A stretch of 64,000 nt of DNA from Eledone cirrhosa (taxonomy: Eukaryota). Below, piece after piece: positions 41,633 to 57,048 of the stretch. The position numbers and the translations under genes were made by a program. The stretch lies in contig OZ024742.1 of the NCBI GenBank assembly GCA_964016885.1, forward strand, positions 190,774,001 to 190,838,000. Direction: 5' to 3'. Positions within the stretch are counted from its first letter, which is position 1, and each line of letters starts with the position of its first letter. A model generated the notes under the pieces. That model saw nothing but the letters and a program-made list of their open reading frames with translations. It had not been told where the DNA came from and did not search any database.

Positions 41633-43250
41633 CGGAGGAAATGTGGTAAGGAACCAGGTGGACCATAACGCACCAAAGTACTCAATACTCAGGGTAGTAG
41701 AGTGGGTAATAGGAACGAGTAGGACCCCGACGGCTGAGCTCAAGCCGTTTCGACGGCTAATTCTGGACTAAATGAACATTTTTATCCTGGTATTTGAATA
41801 GCCGAGCTTCTCAAGGGGTAATTCCATATATGGTGAAAGTGATTGTCACAAGGATTGGTCAAAAGTTTGTTGTTGAGACATAATAATTCTATGATGGCAA
41901 TTTGTGGAGGGAAGGGGTAGCTAAACCTGCCAGTAGGAGAAATAGGGAGAGGGGGTGGAGGAGACCCATTCATGCGTTGATAGTGCCGACTACAGCTGGG
42001 CATGAGGTCAAAGAAGATACTAGGGAGGGGGAGGGGGAGGAAGTCGAAACAATAAGTAGAACAATAAGGGGTAAATATATAGAAAAATACTGAGAGTGTT
42101 AAAAAGCAATTAATTGTAAAAAAAAATAAACAATTTCTGGTTACTACGACCTAAGTCTCTCACTGGTACTGCTAGGCTAAAAAAATATACTAGGTGGGAC
42201 GGAATTATATGAGACCCTTTTAAGAGGTATAAGTAATAAACCGAGTATATCTTACGGTGACGGGTCAACAAGTGAGGGGCCAAAATACTAAAGAAACTAC
42301 CACGAAATAATAAATAAAGGTTTCTACCCCAGGCACAAGGCCAGCAACCACCCAGTGCAAAAAAGTAAACTAATACGAAATAATAATTCAGAGAGCCGAA
42401 AAAGAATACTAATACTATCTCTAAGTGTGCCGCCACGATACAAAAGTTCTAGTTCAAACTACATAAAAGCTCGTACGAAGTAAATGTAAAATTTGATACG
42501 GAAGATTAATTCAGAATCCCCCCACCCCACCCCACCCCCCAAAAAAATATAAATACTGATAAACGAGAAATTAAAGCAAAAAAATATAGAAAGCACGGAA
42601 AAGGGGCAGCGGTCGGATAAGAGGGCAAGTATCCGGGGTCTAACACATCTGCTATAAAAAGCGGAGTCGGCCAAATCTATCATAGAGTAGGGGAAGGGGG
42701 TGGGGGTACTGAGGCTACAAAGGACCGAGGGGCTGCCTCGGGTGGGCGAGAAAAAGACGACGACAAAGAAAGAGAACTGGGGTGGAAGGACTAGGGAGGC
42801 ATGGGTGGGGGGAAGGAAATATAGAGGAAGCGATAAAAAGATATAAAAGATCTTACGTCTACCTTAGCAAGCAGGGGTTACCCATTACAAATTCGGCAAG
42901 TGGGGTGTTATAGCCCTAGTCAAACCCCCCGGGTCATTATGGGGTTTGAGGGCGAGGTAAGTCCTACGCAATCTGTGTTTACATGTAGTAACCAGTTCAT
43001 CTTTCTTGTTTAGGAGTTGGTCCGTCGAAAACAGCATTTGTAAAGTTTCCTCCGAGCATAAATTGCACGGACGGCGTCCTCCCGTATAAGAGTTGGCTAT
43101 GGACAGTAATCTCCAAGTGAGATCATAGGTAATGTTGTTATCCTTGAGGTCCCATATGTGGCCCGAAAGTGTAGCGGCGTGACGCCGGGCCGGGTTTCGG
43201 AAGGTATGTATGTGTTGGTATAGCCGGGTCTTGAAGTCACATGCGGTTAA
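41630..43250 (-). mobile_element. 5'-truncated PLE (GIY-YIG C-terminus + 3' UTR + pLTR)
   Basis: From 43235 leftwards reads FKTRLYQHIHTFRNPARRHAATLSGHIWDLKD...CNLC...CKH. Bounded by (TA)n on both sides. Confidence 0.85.
41724..41819 (-). ncRNA. Hammerhead with U3-A8 core and 56-nt stem II
   Basis: acccc-TTGAGAA-gct cggcta ttc...gaat tagccg tc-GAAAC ggc ttgagctca gccGTC-ggggt. Confidence 0.75.
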
Positions 43251-43251
43251 T

Positions 43252-43322
<71 letters not shown>

Positions 43323-43459
43323 AGTGTAATTTTCTACACAAAACGAAGGTTATAGGGAAAATTGAGGTTGGTAATGGCACATGGAATATATAAGAGACAG
43401 AATACTTTTTTGTGAAAAAACATATAATTTTATAAGGTAAGGAAATAATAAAGGGTATA

Positions 43460-43508
43460 AAAAATGACCGGTTTCGATGGGTCTGCAAAAGTCATCTTTT
43501 CAAATGTT
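43460..43508 (-). ncRNA. Hammerhead-like motif with U3-A8 core
   Basis: aacat-TTGAAAA-gatg...catc-GAAAC cg GTC-atttt; one stem I mismatch. Confidence 0.55.
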
Positions 43509-43876
43509 GATTAATATTAAGAAAAATTAATAATACGAAGAGTTAAAATTTGAGATTTGAAAATTCAAGTATAAAATTCATTGTGGGATTTCATAGTAGT
43601 TTTCATCTAGGTAGCAACAACAAGTTGAAAGCTGTGTCCCTCTCTGGTACTGAATGAGAAGTTATTTGGGGTGTGGGTTATTTTATAAAGGTCAGATTTA
43701 GCAATGGCCAACTGGCCAGCTGCTGGTCAGTGAGGGGGTGGAAGCAATATACATACATATATCTTCCTGTGGTGGGTAGGAGAGTAGAGCGTGATAGAAA
43801 GGGATTTAGTGCACTTACACCTATATATACACACATACCTTCATGCACACATACATACATATACATATACATCCAC

Positions 43877-43923
<47 letters not shown>

Positions 43924-44002
43924 CACACATACATACACACACACATACATATACATACACACATACACACACACACACACACATATCTACACATACACAC
44001 AC

Positions 44003-44037
<35 letters not shown>

Positions 44038-44132
44038 TACATACACACACACACATATACATACATACACACATACAAACATACACACACACACACACAC
44101 ATATATATACACATACACACACATATATATAT

Positions 44133-44163
<31 letters not shown>

Positions 44164-44301
44164 CACATACGCATACATCCAGATACACACATACATACAC
44201 ACACACACGCACACACAATACATACATCCACATGCACACACATACACACACACATATACACATACATACACCTACACACAGAAAAATGGCCTCCAAATAT
44301 A

Positions 44302-45077
<776 letters not shown>

Positions 45078-45152
45078 CCCACACTCTCCAGAGCGTGAAA
45101 CTAATAAACCTTTGTCCGTACTGCCACTCTGTTTTGTTCCCGTTCCATTTTA

Positions 45153-45214
<62 letters not shown>

Positions 45215-45222
<8 letters not shown>

Positions 45223-45992
45223 CAGATTAAAGTTTAAGCAAAGAATCGCTGCTTTCACCCTTAACGGGATCTTCTGAAACTAACAAAGTCAATCTGTAAA
45301 CGCAGAAGTGGATATTTCAAAAAACGTTGCAGCCGGAGGAAGACAGGAAGACGATACTTTGGTTCGTGGAAACGTTCCCTGGCAAAGAACGGGAAAAAAC
45401 GAATATAATACGTTCTCTACGGTTCTTATATATTTTATATATATTTATCCTTATCGAGCCCTCTTTGGATTTTAGTCTTCAAATTTATTATGATTACTAT
45501 ATATATATATATAAGTATGCACACGTACATACATATATGTATACAGACGTACATTAGTATGTATATATATATATACATACATGCACACATATATATATGC
45601 AGGTATGTATTCACCGAACATTTATTATAATGCTCGGTGTGTTTGTAAACAAACATCCCGTATTAAGCCGTAGTGTACAGCAACCATCGTTACTCGTTTG
45701 TTCAACACTGACAAAGGAACGCTGTACTAGTTTCAAGCTTATTAGCTATCGTCAGCAACGTATACCATCCTGCCAGATTGTTGAACGTATATACTTACCT
45801 TATGCATATTAACGGCTGAGTAGCCCAATTTGAATATCGAGTGGGTTAATCGGCCGGGTGCACCGAAAACGATAAACGGAAAAAATGAATGTTCGGTGAA
45901 TCCATACGTGATTATATATATGTGTGCATGTATGTATATATATATACATACTACTGTACGTCTGTATACATATAGGTATGTACGTGTACATA

Positions 45993-46032
<40 letters not shown>

Positions 46033-46440
46033 TATACATATATTTAAGTAACAGCCGTACTAAGAGAGGGAAATGAAATTTCGTTTCATTTTTTCCGTTT
46101 ATCGTTTTCGGTGCACCCAGCCGATTAACGCACTCGATATGCAAATTGGGCTACTCAGCCGTTATATGCATAAGGTAAGTATATACGTTCAACAGTCTGG
46201 CAGGAAGGTATACGTTGCTGACGATAGCTAATAAGCTTGAAACTAGTACAGCGTTCTTTTGTCAGTGTTGAACAAACGAGCAACGATTGTTGCTGTACAT
46301 TACGGCTTAATACGGGATGTTTGTTTACAAACACACCGAACATTATAATAAATGTTCGGTGAATCCATACGTGCATATATATATATGTGTGCATGTATGT
46401 ATATATATATACATACTACTGTACGTCTGTATACATACAT
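45215..46440. mobile_element. Family Y fragment plus rearranged family X copies with HHRs at 45720-45760 (-) and 46213-46253 (+)
   Basis: Direct similarity to 7346-8690; both HHR cores are intact. Confidence 0.85.
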
Positions 46441-47099
46441 TTTTTCCGTTTATATATATATATATAAACGTATATATGTGTCCGTTTGTACTAAAGTCTT
46501 ACGCACCAGTATGATAAAGTCAGTGGAATGTGTATATTCTATACAAGAGATCAGAAATAGTTTTCCGCCTTAGGCCCTTTCAAGTTTTAGGTCTGTGACA
46601 TCTTAGACATCGGTTTAATACTAACTATGTTCAGTTTGATTTTCGTTTCTATAATATAATTTCACCGGCAGCGGGTATAAACTTATATGTTATCGCTTAT
46701 AAATCATTCTTTGACTTACCTTAATGTATAAATACTGGTGCTTTCCATACATACATGGTGGTTGCCAACTCGTTTTCGAGTACGGCCGCAACTTTATATC
46801 CATGTAGGAGAAACCTACCGATGCGCTGAACGAGTGTGACTTTTTAGTCCACCCAGCGACTTGAAAACTCTAGTTACAAACACTACACTTGTGACAATTA
46901 TTGACCCAGTGTTGGGTCCATGGTACAATGTGACAGCAAGTGCAGAGAGATCTCCAGATATAAAGCAATGCATGTGCCGTGAAGCTTTTTGTAATGAGCA
47001 AAGGCACTGCACAAAGCCAGTCCCACTCTCTTAACCAAGATGATATTTACCAAAAAGAAGAACAAGTCAACATCATTGGATACCATCAGGTTTGCAGGT

Positions 47100-48690
47100 G
47101 TTATATCAGAGTTTTCCTTCTACATATATGCATACATACATACCTGGGGATACATGAGAACATATCCTATAATGGTATCTGTAATAAGGAACGCATAACC
47201 AGGGAATACTACACCCGATTAAGAAAGATTTGGTCATCGGAACTCTCTGCGCAAAACAAAGCAGTGGCTCACAATGTGTTTGCTGTGCCTGTCCTAACAC
47301 CAACGTTTGGAATACTCAATTGGACGATAGACGAAATCTGAGCAGTTGATGTTGGAACTCTAAAAATACTAAACAACACCGGAAACTTCCACATCAACAG
47401 TGACATAGAACGCCTTTACTTGAAACGTAAGGGTGGAGACTGAGGCCTCACATCAGTCCAGACAGCAATGAATGTTGCATCATATCCCTCCCGACAACAT
47501 CTACGAACCTCAAAGCGTAGGAGACGTCTCTCGAGTAAATCTATCTGCATGAAACAGATAAGATCATGAAAGTTGGGATGGAACTCCTCGAGAGATATTC
47601 CCTGTGATAATCAAAAACTCACATCCAGGGAAGTCGCTCAGCAGTATCTCAGTGGATGAAAAACTGCATGCTTATCAGCAAAATATCATGCATGGATATG
47701 TTGCCAGGAAGCTCCAGAGTGAGAGTAATATAGAGGAAGAAAGTAGTCTATCTTGGACCAACAACCGCTATATTGGCTCCCACTTGGAAGGATGCGCTTT
47801 TGCAATCCAAGAACAGGAGATTAACACGAACTAGCTAATTCACAAAAGAGATAGGGATGCAGGCAAAACACCTAGATGTGATAACAAGTGCAGACTCTGC
47901 AGAACTAACATCGAGGATATCACCCATGTCATCAGCAGCTGTCCAAAATGTCATCGCGGTACTATCTACCTATGACGCATGATGTAGTGGCCCAAACACT
48001 GTACAATGCAGTCCGTAAAAAGGATATCCCCGATAATAAACACATTTAAAGCTACAGCAATTTGGAAGACATCCAGGTACATAATATGAAAGAGTACAGG
48101 TGGAATGTTCCAGTAAAACCCCAAGAAAATGCAGGCACAACAGACCAGATATTATGATATGGGACAGGGAGAAGAAAGCATGCAGAGTAGTGGAAATTAG
48201 CTGCCAAGCAGATGCCAATATAATATCAAAGATTAGAGAAAAGGAGAATATTTATGCAGAACTGATGAGAAATCTGCAGATACTCCACCCTGATTACACC
48301 TTCATATTTATGCCTGTGATTATTGGGGCACTGGGGTATGTTAGTAACTGCCTCAATACAAATCTTGAGAAGCTAGGCTTCACAGGAACAGAAAGAACAC
48401 AACTAGTTAGGAAATTACAAGTACAATCTAGTAAAATTATGTAAAACATTCCAAACATTTTGCATCTAATAACTGCATATACACATGTACAAATACAAAC
48501 CGTATACCAATGCACACATACAACTCAAAACGTACACATCCATACATACAATAACATCCAAACCTACACATTCATGCATGCAGACATGCATACATATCTA
48601 CCTAGTTGATGTGTAAATTCCAATGAGAGAGATTTGTAACTATGTGAGAAACCGACTATCTCTATTGGCAAAAATGTGTGAAATTATAAA
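47100..48690 (+). mobile_element. R4/Dong-like LINE relic with restriction-like endonuclease
   Basis: FAIQEQEI.T, CRLC...EDITHVISSC zinc knuckle, HNRPDIMIWD...VVEISC (PD..E/D-type endonuclease); many stops. Confidence 0.85.
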
Positions 48691-48842
48691 ACGAGAAGAA
48701 CGTACATACATATATCACAGAGTCACACACGCACATGCATATATATATATATAGAGAGAGAGAGGTATGGTCAAAATTGGGCTTTGAAAATTAGGATAGC
48801 GCTCTTATTCCGTGTATGAACTTAAATAAATAATATAGCATA

Positions 48843-49760
48843 AACTATATATAAAAAACTAATGATGTCTGTCTGTGTGTCTGTGAGTTTGAATCCCTAA
48901 AACTCAAGAAGCACCCAACCGACTGTTTTCAAACTTTACACATGTAATACTAATGTTTCAGAGAGTGTTCTGAGCAAAAACACATTTCAATTCTCAATGC
49001 CTTAGGGACCGCATTAGATGATTTAGCTCTATAATTCTTAGTCTTTCTCTTTTTAGATAGATGCATACATATAACGTCGCGCCCTTATAATATCTGTCTG
49101 TATGTCTGGCTGTCTGCATTGCGTCACTTCCCTGAGGAGGTCTGTCTGTGTGTGTGTGTGTGTGTATGTATGTGTGTGTATGTGTGTGTGTGAGTTTGAA
49201 TACCTAAAACTCGAGAACTACCCAACCGATTTTTTTCAAACTTTACATGTGTATTACTTATGTTTCAGTGAGTGTTATGCACATAAAACATTCAACTTTT
49301 TGATCTCCTAGGGCTCGCATTAAGTGAAAAACTGCGTCTTTAAAGCCTTTTTAGGGGTTTTTGAGGCGTTACGTCAGACCGATTTCCTTGTAACTATGTA
49401 TTAGGCAGTCTCTTCTTCATACCGTGAGCCAAGAAAATCCAACTTTTTTATGGGCTTAGGTGAAAAATTTCATATTTTAATCTTTTTAGGGCTTTTTGGA
49501 GGCGTTACGTCTAGCCGATTTTCCCGAAATTTCAAGACATATTATGCACATAAAAAAAAATTATTTTCTTGATCCTCTAGGTGATAACCTGCATTTTCCC
49601 GCTTCATCGAGGAAAATCTTAAAGATTATCCAGCCATCAGAGTATTTGGTTTATTTTCTTTACATATTGTCCAGGCATGCAGTTTTTCCCCGATTAGGTC
49701 TGTTGGCGGCGCGCGTTCCAAAATATCTTATCCCGTGCAACTCTGGGTACCAATGCTAGT
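48843..49760 (+). mobile_element. Helitron/Helentron-type (DINE-like) non-autonomous element
   Basis: 5' ctatatataaaa plus (gtct) microsatellite, internal duplications, 3' cccgtgcaactctggg hairpin plus CTAGT. Confidence 0.7.
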
Positions 49761-49775
49761 ATAACATAATATAAT

Positions 49776-49847
49776 AATTGTTTCTACTTTTGGCACAAAG
49801 CCAGCAACTATCCTAGTGTATTACTGGTACTTTATTTTATCGACCCC
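49776..49847 (-). mobile_element. 5'-truncated SINE at the Tx1 tail
   Basis: 3' half of the Meta-domain-like SINE. Confidence 0.75.
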
Positions 49848-49848
49848 G

Positions 49849-52800
49849 AATAATAACAATGATAATGTTTTCTTTATGAACCACGAGGTTTGACGTAAAG
49901 TATAACATTAAGGACAGCGCAGGACAGTACAGGACGGTACAGGACGGTACAAATCGTTATTTCTGCGTATAGAAAAAACAATGGAAATGATAAAAAAAAG
50001 AAACAAAGGAAAATTGCCCAATAGGAGAGAGACTTCCGAGGGATACTCGTGGAGAAAGCCCATTAAAAAAGCCACGGTGACCCTAACATGCAGGGCAAGT
50101 GCCCTCTCCCACTTTTCCACCTCCAATTTACAGACGCATACACAGAGCAAGCCCATTCCCTCGGGCCATGCTTGCCTCTCTCACCCATCTTTCAACAAAT
50201 TGCTGGGAAGAGAGCACTTCCCTCTCCACCCTGATTTTCCTTTTCAAATGAAATTTGAAAAAGTTAATCAGGGCATCACCGAAGAGGTAACTGCTTGTCG
50301 TCAGCCCCTTCAAACGAGAACCACACGAGCACTTTCACCATGGCCACCAGGAAAATAAAAACTGCCTTCCCTTCCTGGCTAAAGGAAGATGACGGATCAA
50401 TCCTCACGAAGGATTCAGCTTATCTGTCCTGCACGAGACAGCAGGTGTTCGACATCAACCCACAAGTCAGCAATGCTTAGACACTGGTCGAGTGCGTGCA
50501 GGACGATTTCGTCGCCCTGTGTGCATCTCGGAGAGGCCCGGCTGACGGCATTCCATATCTGTAGAGTTTCTCCCGAACTGGCAAAGCTCCTCGATAGCAC
50601 TGCTAGGCCAAGGATCTCTGGAAGTTGTCCATGGGTCCCGGCCCAAAAGTTCTCCGGAAGAGATTGGCTGCTTGATCTTCATCGACGCCCAGAGTCTCCC
50701 GAAGGGCGTCGTCGCTCTTTCCCTCTACTAACCCTCTAAAGAACGCCAAAGTGAAGATTTCACCGATCACATCGCTCGATTAGTCGAGAGCTGTGAGCGA
50801 CTGAAGACATTCCAATCTCCAGGCGTTCCCTCTCGAACTGCAACTCTGTCAAGGAGACCAGCTGGGTAAAAACACGTCTACCAAACGACGTCACCGTACC
50901 CTCAGCCACGGCAAGCCCAGCCCTCCACCTGACCATCGGAGCGAAAGAGCAAACGCTCCAACGCAGTCAGACGATGCTTAGGACAAGCATATGTGTCAGG
51001 CGGTAATAGATGACGGACGCGATGTACGCGTTTGCCACCTCCGCTCGACTCTCGGCCCATTTCTGGATGAGAGAGGGCACGCTGCTCGTCACCTCGTCCC
51101 AGTTTTTGTCTGTCTGGAGGTCTCGACCGAAACCAGACCCCTAAGAATTTAATCGATCCGTCCGTCCAGCGTCCGACGATGCTGTTGGACGGCATGGATC
51201 TGCCTCTCCAGGTGCCGACCCCCCCCCCCGACCTTTCCTGGTTAATCATTGCTCCTGTCACCGCGTCGTATTCTCTTAGCGTAGTGTCGATCGTCTCGAT
51301 GTGTTTGGCATTCGACACCACTGCGGTGACGTCGTTGGCATACTCTGACACGGTTCTCCCGCATTCCAGGTTCGTTAGCTACCCTTCCTACGATGTATCG
51401 CATGAGGTTGAGATTGTCGTGGATGGATCTGTCTCCACCTCTCACACCAGACCCCCGACGACAAGCGCCATCCTCTTTGCTAGCACCTTGGCCAAAATAT
51501 TGAACTCTGTGTTTAGCAGAGCTATGAACCTGAAATTAACTATGTTATCCCCCTGTTCGGATCCTTTCTCAGCAGCGCCACCGCTCCTCGGATCATAGAG
51601 CTGGTAATTCTCCCGTTCTGCTGCCAGTTGCAGTAGACGTCCGCCAAGAGGTCTCCGATCAAGTCTGGCATGTGTACGTAAATTCCGTACGACAGACCAT
51701 TCAAAGCAGGCGATTTATCCATTGTGCAGCCAGTCATTTCCTCCCGTACTTCTGCGGCTGTTTTCAGCTTGTCGCAACACTCCGTCTCAGTGGTCGAGAG
51801 CCGCGGCATTCCATCGAGGTAGGCACTAAAGTCCATCCCACGATCCGGCCTACCGCTACCCCCGAACAGCTGGATGAAGTGTCGCTGAAAAGCTTCATAC
51901 ATTTGCCCAGGATCGAGTAAGATGCGCCCGTCGTGGTCCGCCAAAGACCGGATCGTGGATTTGTTGCCACGACGCGCCTCCGCCACTCGGGCCCATCGAA
52001 CGGCTTTCATACCCTCGAGTGTGAACACGCGCTCTAGCTCTGACAACGCAACCTTCGTGCTTTGCATTAAAGAATTGGTCTAGGGCCAATTTCGCCGCAA
52101 GCACGCCGGTCGCGATACCTTTACTAAACGCCTCGTCTAATTTGCTAACTAGTTCTCCCTCTGTTCTATTTCTCTCTATTGCTAACGCCTTATTAAACAT
52201 AATGGACTCTATTCTAATCGCTCTTTTCAGAGCAAACCTCCCTTTGTTGTTGACGAGCACCCCCTCCCCCGTCAACGCCTGCTTAACTAGCTCGCTAATC
52301 CGGTCACTGTAGGCTTTGCGCGCTGTTAACGACGCGTTTAGCTTTCAGTAGCCGGCTCCCTGTCTATGAAGCCTATCTTAGTCGACCACACAGATCACAA
52401 ATTTGTGGTCCGTGTAGTCGATATCTTGAATTATGGACAGCCTATACTAGACCTATCTATTTCCCTACAAAATATTCCATCTAGATATAATCTGGATGAA
52501 ACGATGTGGTTTCTCCTTGTCCACATTGGCACATTCGGGAAATCCAGACGATACCTGTCAGACAGTTGAAAACGTCTGAGCAGTTTTGCGAGGCTTTTTC
52601 ACCCTCTTACCCTATCCGATAATCCCAAACAGTCCCAGCGTACATCTATGATCCCGTTCCAGTCGCCCACTAAAACTAAAGAGCGGCACGTTAAAGGTGT
52701 CTCCAGACGCCGGAAGAAATCAGGCCACCCAGCTCCTGTCGGGGCATAGACGGCCACTAGCCCGAAAACTTGCCCTTCTCCGCTGGTCACGTCCAACACC

Positions 52801-53960
52801 ACAAACTTAGCTTCTGGGTCCAGTAAGATCGTCCGTATTACGAGATCCAGGCATCTCCGAAACAACACAGCGACTGCGCCTCCCGATCCCGGCCGGTTTG
52901 GAGATGCGTATACATCGTAACCGCCGAAGATGGGTGCGAAGGTATGTGCCTCGGAAATTCTGGTCTCACTAATGGCCACCGCATCTATTTTCGTTGACCT
53001 GAGGTCGTTGAGCAGGTGGCCCTGCTTCCATGATGACCCCAGGCCACGCGCATTGAAGCTGCCTACTCTGAGCAAGGTCATGTTGAAAAGGAGTGAAAAC
53101 ATATGGGAAAGACCACTTACCTCAGTTCTTGTGGAGGAAGGATGGTTTTTCCGTCCTCCTGACTGTTTGTGGCCCCCTCCGGAAGGATGTCTTTATATAT
53201 CCTCCTGGAAAGTGTTTGCCGGAAATCTCCGATGTCCTTGGGGAATTTTGATTTTAGTGTTGTGTATGTTTTGTGTGTGATACGATTGATTTGTATGTGT
53301 GTGGGTGGTATGAACTTTTGGGGTTTTGTATAATCTTTCCCTGTGCTGCTTGTGTTGTGTTGTATGTAGTGTAATAATTGGTTGTTGTTCAAATTTAATG
53401 CTGTGTAGTGTGTATCGTTTTGGTTGTTTTGTTTGTTTGCGTTTGTTGTGGGTTTGTTTCTGTTTCGCTTGTTGGTGATTTTTGTGGTGTTGGTGATGGA
53501 GGCTTTGGGGTTGATGATGGTGTTGGTGTTTGTGGTGATGGGGCTGGTGATGCTGGTGTGGGTGGACGCGTGGCAGTCTTAACTTGTTTATGTTAGTTTG
53601 TTTGTTTGTTTCGCACTGTATTTTGTTTTTGGAGGGCGAAGGAAAAGGATTTTTCTGTTTTGGTTTCTTTTTTTTCCAGATACAGTTTTCTAATCCTCCT
53701 CGTCACAATTTGTCTCCAGTTGTGAGAGATTGGGGAGTGGAATGTCCTCCACTGGCATTGGTTTTGGTTGTGGCGTGGTGGATGGTGGAGGCGCTGGTGT
53801 TACTTCTGGTGCGGTGGGTGGTGGTGGTGTAGGTCGTGTTGCTGCTGCCGTTGCTGCTACAGTTGTTGCTGCTACAGTTGTTGCTGCCATTTATGCTGCT
53901 GGTTTTGATGGTTGAGTCACTGAGGTGAAACAACTGAAACAACAAACCTTTGTGGAGCTC
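49849..53960 (-). mobile_element. Tx1/L1-clade LINE, decayed
   Basis: APE (SFNARGL, ISET, VYAP, GDWN) at 52599-53102; RT (KSPALNGL, YANDVT, FLGVWF); low-complexity ORF1 remnant upstream. Confidence 0.9.
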
Positions 53961-54005
53961 ACGATAATACGATTTCCTACGCTAGTCGCCAATAACAATA
54001 ATAAT

Positions 54006-54123
54006 AATTGTTTCTCATTTTGGCACAAGGCCAGCAAATTACCCAGTACATTACTGGTATTTTATTTTATCGACCACGTAAGGATGAAAGGCAAAGTTGA
54101 CCTCGGCGGGATTTGAACTCAGA
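54006..54123 (-). mobile_element. 5'-truncated SINE within (TAA)n
   Basis: Same Meta-domain-like family. Confidence 0.8.
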
Positions 54124-54127
54124 ATGG

Positions 54128-56000
54128 AATAATAATAATAATAAGGATTTCATTTATTTGCCACAAGGCCCGACATGTAGGGGACAAGAAAAAACAACGG
54201 GCAATGGGGTTAACAATAAGCTCGTGTAAAATTGCACAATGGAAGACTAATTTAACAATGCAGATATTAAAATATAAAATAAACTATGCATAAATATAAA
54301 AAAATAAATTCCCAATAGGGGGGAAGGGGTTGGACGACCCAGGGGTGACTCTGGAACCCTACCAATCCTCAACCACCCTGCGCTTCTAGGGCATCCAGGG
54401 AGAGCATCCCTCTCCTCCTCAAATTAGCCAGCCTATAGGCTCATGGTTAGAGTAGGCCCACTCACACGGGCCATTCTAGCCACATTCATCCACCTTTTAG
54501 CAAATATACTGGGGGCAGCACTTCTCTCTTCACCCTCATCATCCTTTCCAGGTGAATCTTGAAGAAGTTGATGAGGGATTGGCCGAAGAGAAAAGTATCT
54601 GTCTTCAGTCCTTTCAATCTGGTCCACCATATAACCTTTTTCGCAACTGCTGTTGTCGATCTTCACTATGGACTCGGCTGATAATCGGATCGGTTCTACA
54701 CACGATAACAGCTGTTCGACATAACTCCACAAGTGCACGGACATTGGACAGGTGCGTGCAGAATTATTTCGTCGCTGTTTGCGCATCTCGGGCGGGTCCG
54801 CCTGACAACACTTCCGTGCCTGTAGAGTTTATCTCGAACCGACAGTGCTAAGGGAGGGATTTCTGGAAGTTATCTATCGTCCCCGGCTCGAAAGTCCTTC
54901 GGAACAGACCGGGCAGTTCGACTTCGTCGAAGTCCAGCGCCTCCCTGAGTGTGTCGTCGCACTTCCCACCACTAATCCTCTATAGAACTCGAGAGTGGAA
55001 GATCCGCTGATCTCATTGCCCGCTTGGTAGAGTGCAGTGAGTGCCTAACAACATTCCAGATGACAGTCAAAGAGACGAGCTGTGTAAAGGCCCGTTCACT
55101 ATTATTCACACCTGTTCACTATTAATCAGAATATCTGGAGATGTCGCATCCTCAGCGCATGTCTGCGCATCATTAGCCACGGAATTCCCAGCCCTCCACG
55201 TAGAGGGTGCTGGCAGCAGATGGACCGCCTCACCAACGGGACTTGTCCCCTCCACAAAAATTTGAAGAGGAGCCGTTCCAACTTGGCGAGGCGCTGACGG
55301 AGGCAAGGCACGACGGTCATGTCGTCCGCATAAGCCGACCCAGCCTTTCCGCGTCCCGGTTCGAGCGGGATGCCCTGCAACAGCTTCAGCTTCCGCAGTA
55401 AAGGCTCGAGAGTCAATACGTACAGAAGGGAAGAGAGAGGGCACCCTTGACGGACCGATCGGGAGACCTGAAATGGTTCCGAGAGTTGCCCATTAATTTT
55501 GACCACCGAACAGAGGCCGCTGTGCATTGCAGCGATCCATCTTCTGAAGATAGGGCCGAAGTCAGCTGCTTTGAGAACAGCCTCTAAGTTCCGATGGTCG
55601 ACCCTATCGAATGCTTTCGATTGATCTGAATTGATCAGTGCCCCACAGAAGCCATGTTTACACCCTACCTTTTCTATGATGTATCGTATGAGGTAGAGGT
55701 TGTCATGTATGGATCTGGTTGGGATTGCTCAAGTTTGTGCCTCCCCAACCAAATCCTCGGTGACAAGCACCAACTACTTTGCTAAAACCTTGGCCAAAAT
55801 CTTAAACTCTGTGTTGAGCAGAGTTATGAGCCTGAAGTTGTCTCATGTATCCCCCTTGTTCTCGTCCTTCCTTATCAGCGTCACTATGCCCATGCTCACA
55901 GGACTGGAAATACGCCCATTCTTATGCCAGTTGCAGTAGAGCGCTTTGAGGCGATCAGAGAACAAGTCTGGCATATTTACATAAAGCTCTGGAGATAGAC
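54128..56000 (-). mobile_element. Second Tx1/L1-clade LINE fragment
   Basis: D.SKAFDRVD, VRQGCPLS.LLY, YADD; (TTA)n tail. Confidence 0.85.
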
Positions 56001-56009
56001 GTATTGTCT

Positions 56010-56418
56010 TTAATGCGTTGAAATGTCGCTGACCTCCAGCAGACAACTGAAGAGAGGACTGTCCCTTGTTTGTGCTTTTCTTTTATTTCTAAACACACTT
56101 TATCAAGTAATCACACAGCCCCTTTTTTCTTCTAAATTTTTACTAATTTTTTGTTGTGACCTGTTCTTTCTCTCCATTTCACGTTGTTGCTATTATTAAC
56201 TCTTTCCTTTTCTTTCTTTCTCTCCCTTTCTCTCTCTCTCCCCTCTCCCTCTATCTCTCTCTCTCACTTATACTTTCTTTCTCTCTTCTCCCTTAGTACC
56301 GCTTTCTCTCGTCTCTGCCTCTATTTGCCTACTTTCGCCGCGGTTAGACTTGTTTTTCTTCGCTCTCCCTATCTCATCGTCAATAAGGCCTCGAACATAT
56401 TTTCGGCCGCTGGTTTGA

Positions 56419-56494
<76 letters not shown>

Positions 56495-56795
56495 GGTTAC
56501 TTACATACATGTGCTTCTCCTCGTGTTACTCCATTTTATTGGTAGGTTCTCTGCATATTTTTTTCTTTTTTCCGTAATGTTTGATTTATTTTTTCTCTCT
56601 CTTTTTCCTCCCCCTATGACTTTCAAAAGATACTGACGCACTGGGTGAGGGGTGGGGTGGTGGTGGGGTTCGTATTGTATTTAATGCGTTGAAATGTCAG
56701 TGACCTCCAGCAGACAATTGAAGAGGGGAATGTCCCTTGTTTGCGCTTTACTTTTATTTCTAAATACACTTTATCAAGTAACCACACAGCCCTTT
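56010..56795. repeat. ~115-bp direct repeats about 670 bp apart
   Basis: ttaatgcgttgaaatgtc...cacagccctt at 56010-56124 and 56681-56794. Confidence 0.8.
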
Positions 56796-56801
56796 GTTTC
56801 T

Positions 56802-56833
<32 letters not shown>

Positions 56834-56893
56834 AAATATTAAACAAATAATGAATAAAACAATGAAACAGTTCCTTATATTAAACAAAAAAAG

Positions 56894-57048
56894 TTCATTA
56901 TTTAACGATCGTTTCTAGGATATATATGTGTTAGAATTGGCATGCATATTCAACAGATCTATGTACAAAATTATACAAAATTATACAAACTATCAAGATT
57001 AAATATACATACCAAACACACATATACGCCGTCTTCAGAAATAATGAA
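56894..57048 (-). ncRNA. Type I hammerhead with 116-nt stem II
   Basis: ttcattattt-CTGAAGA-c gg cgtatatgtgt...tggtatgtatatttaat / gttgaatatgcatgcca...acacatatatat cc ta-GAAAC gatc GTT-aaataatgaa; perfect 10-bp stem I. Confidence 0.8.

Noticed and set aside
46719-46830. Possible minus-strand exon with AAG|GTAAGT donor
   Set aside because: Ambiguous acceptor, unrecognised peptide, adjacent to a LINE relic.
56600-56730. HHR-shaped fold at the direct repeat
   Set aside because: No CUGANGA in the required position and no NUH triplet.
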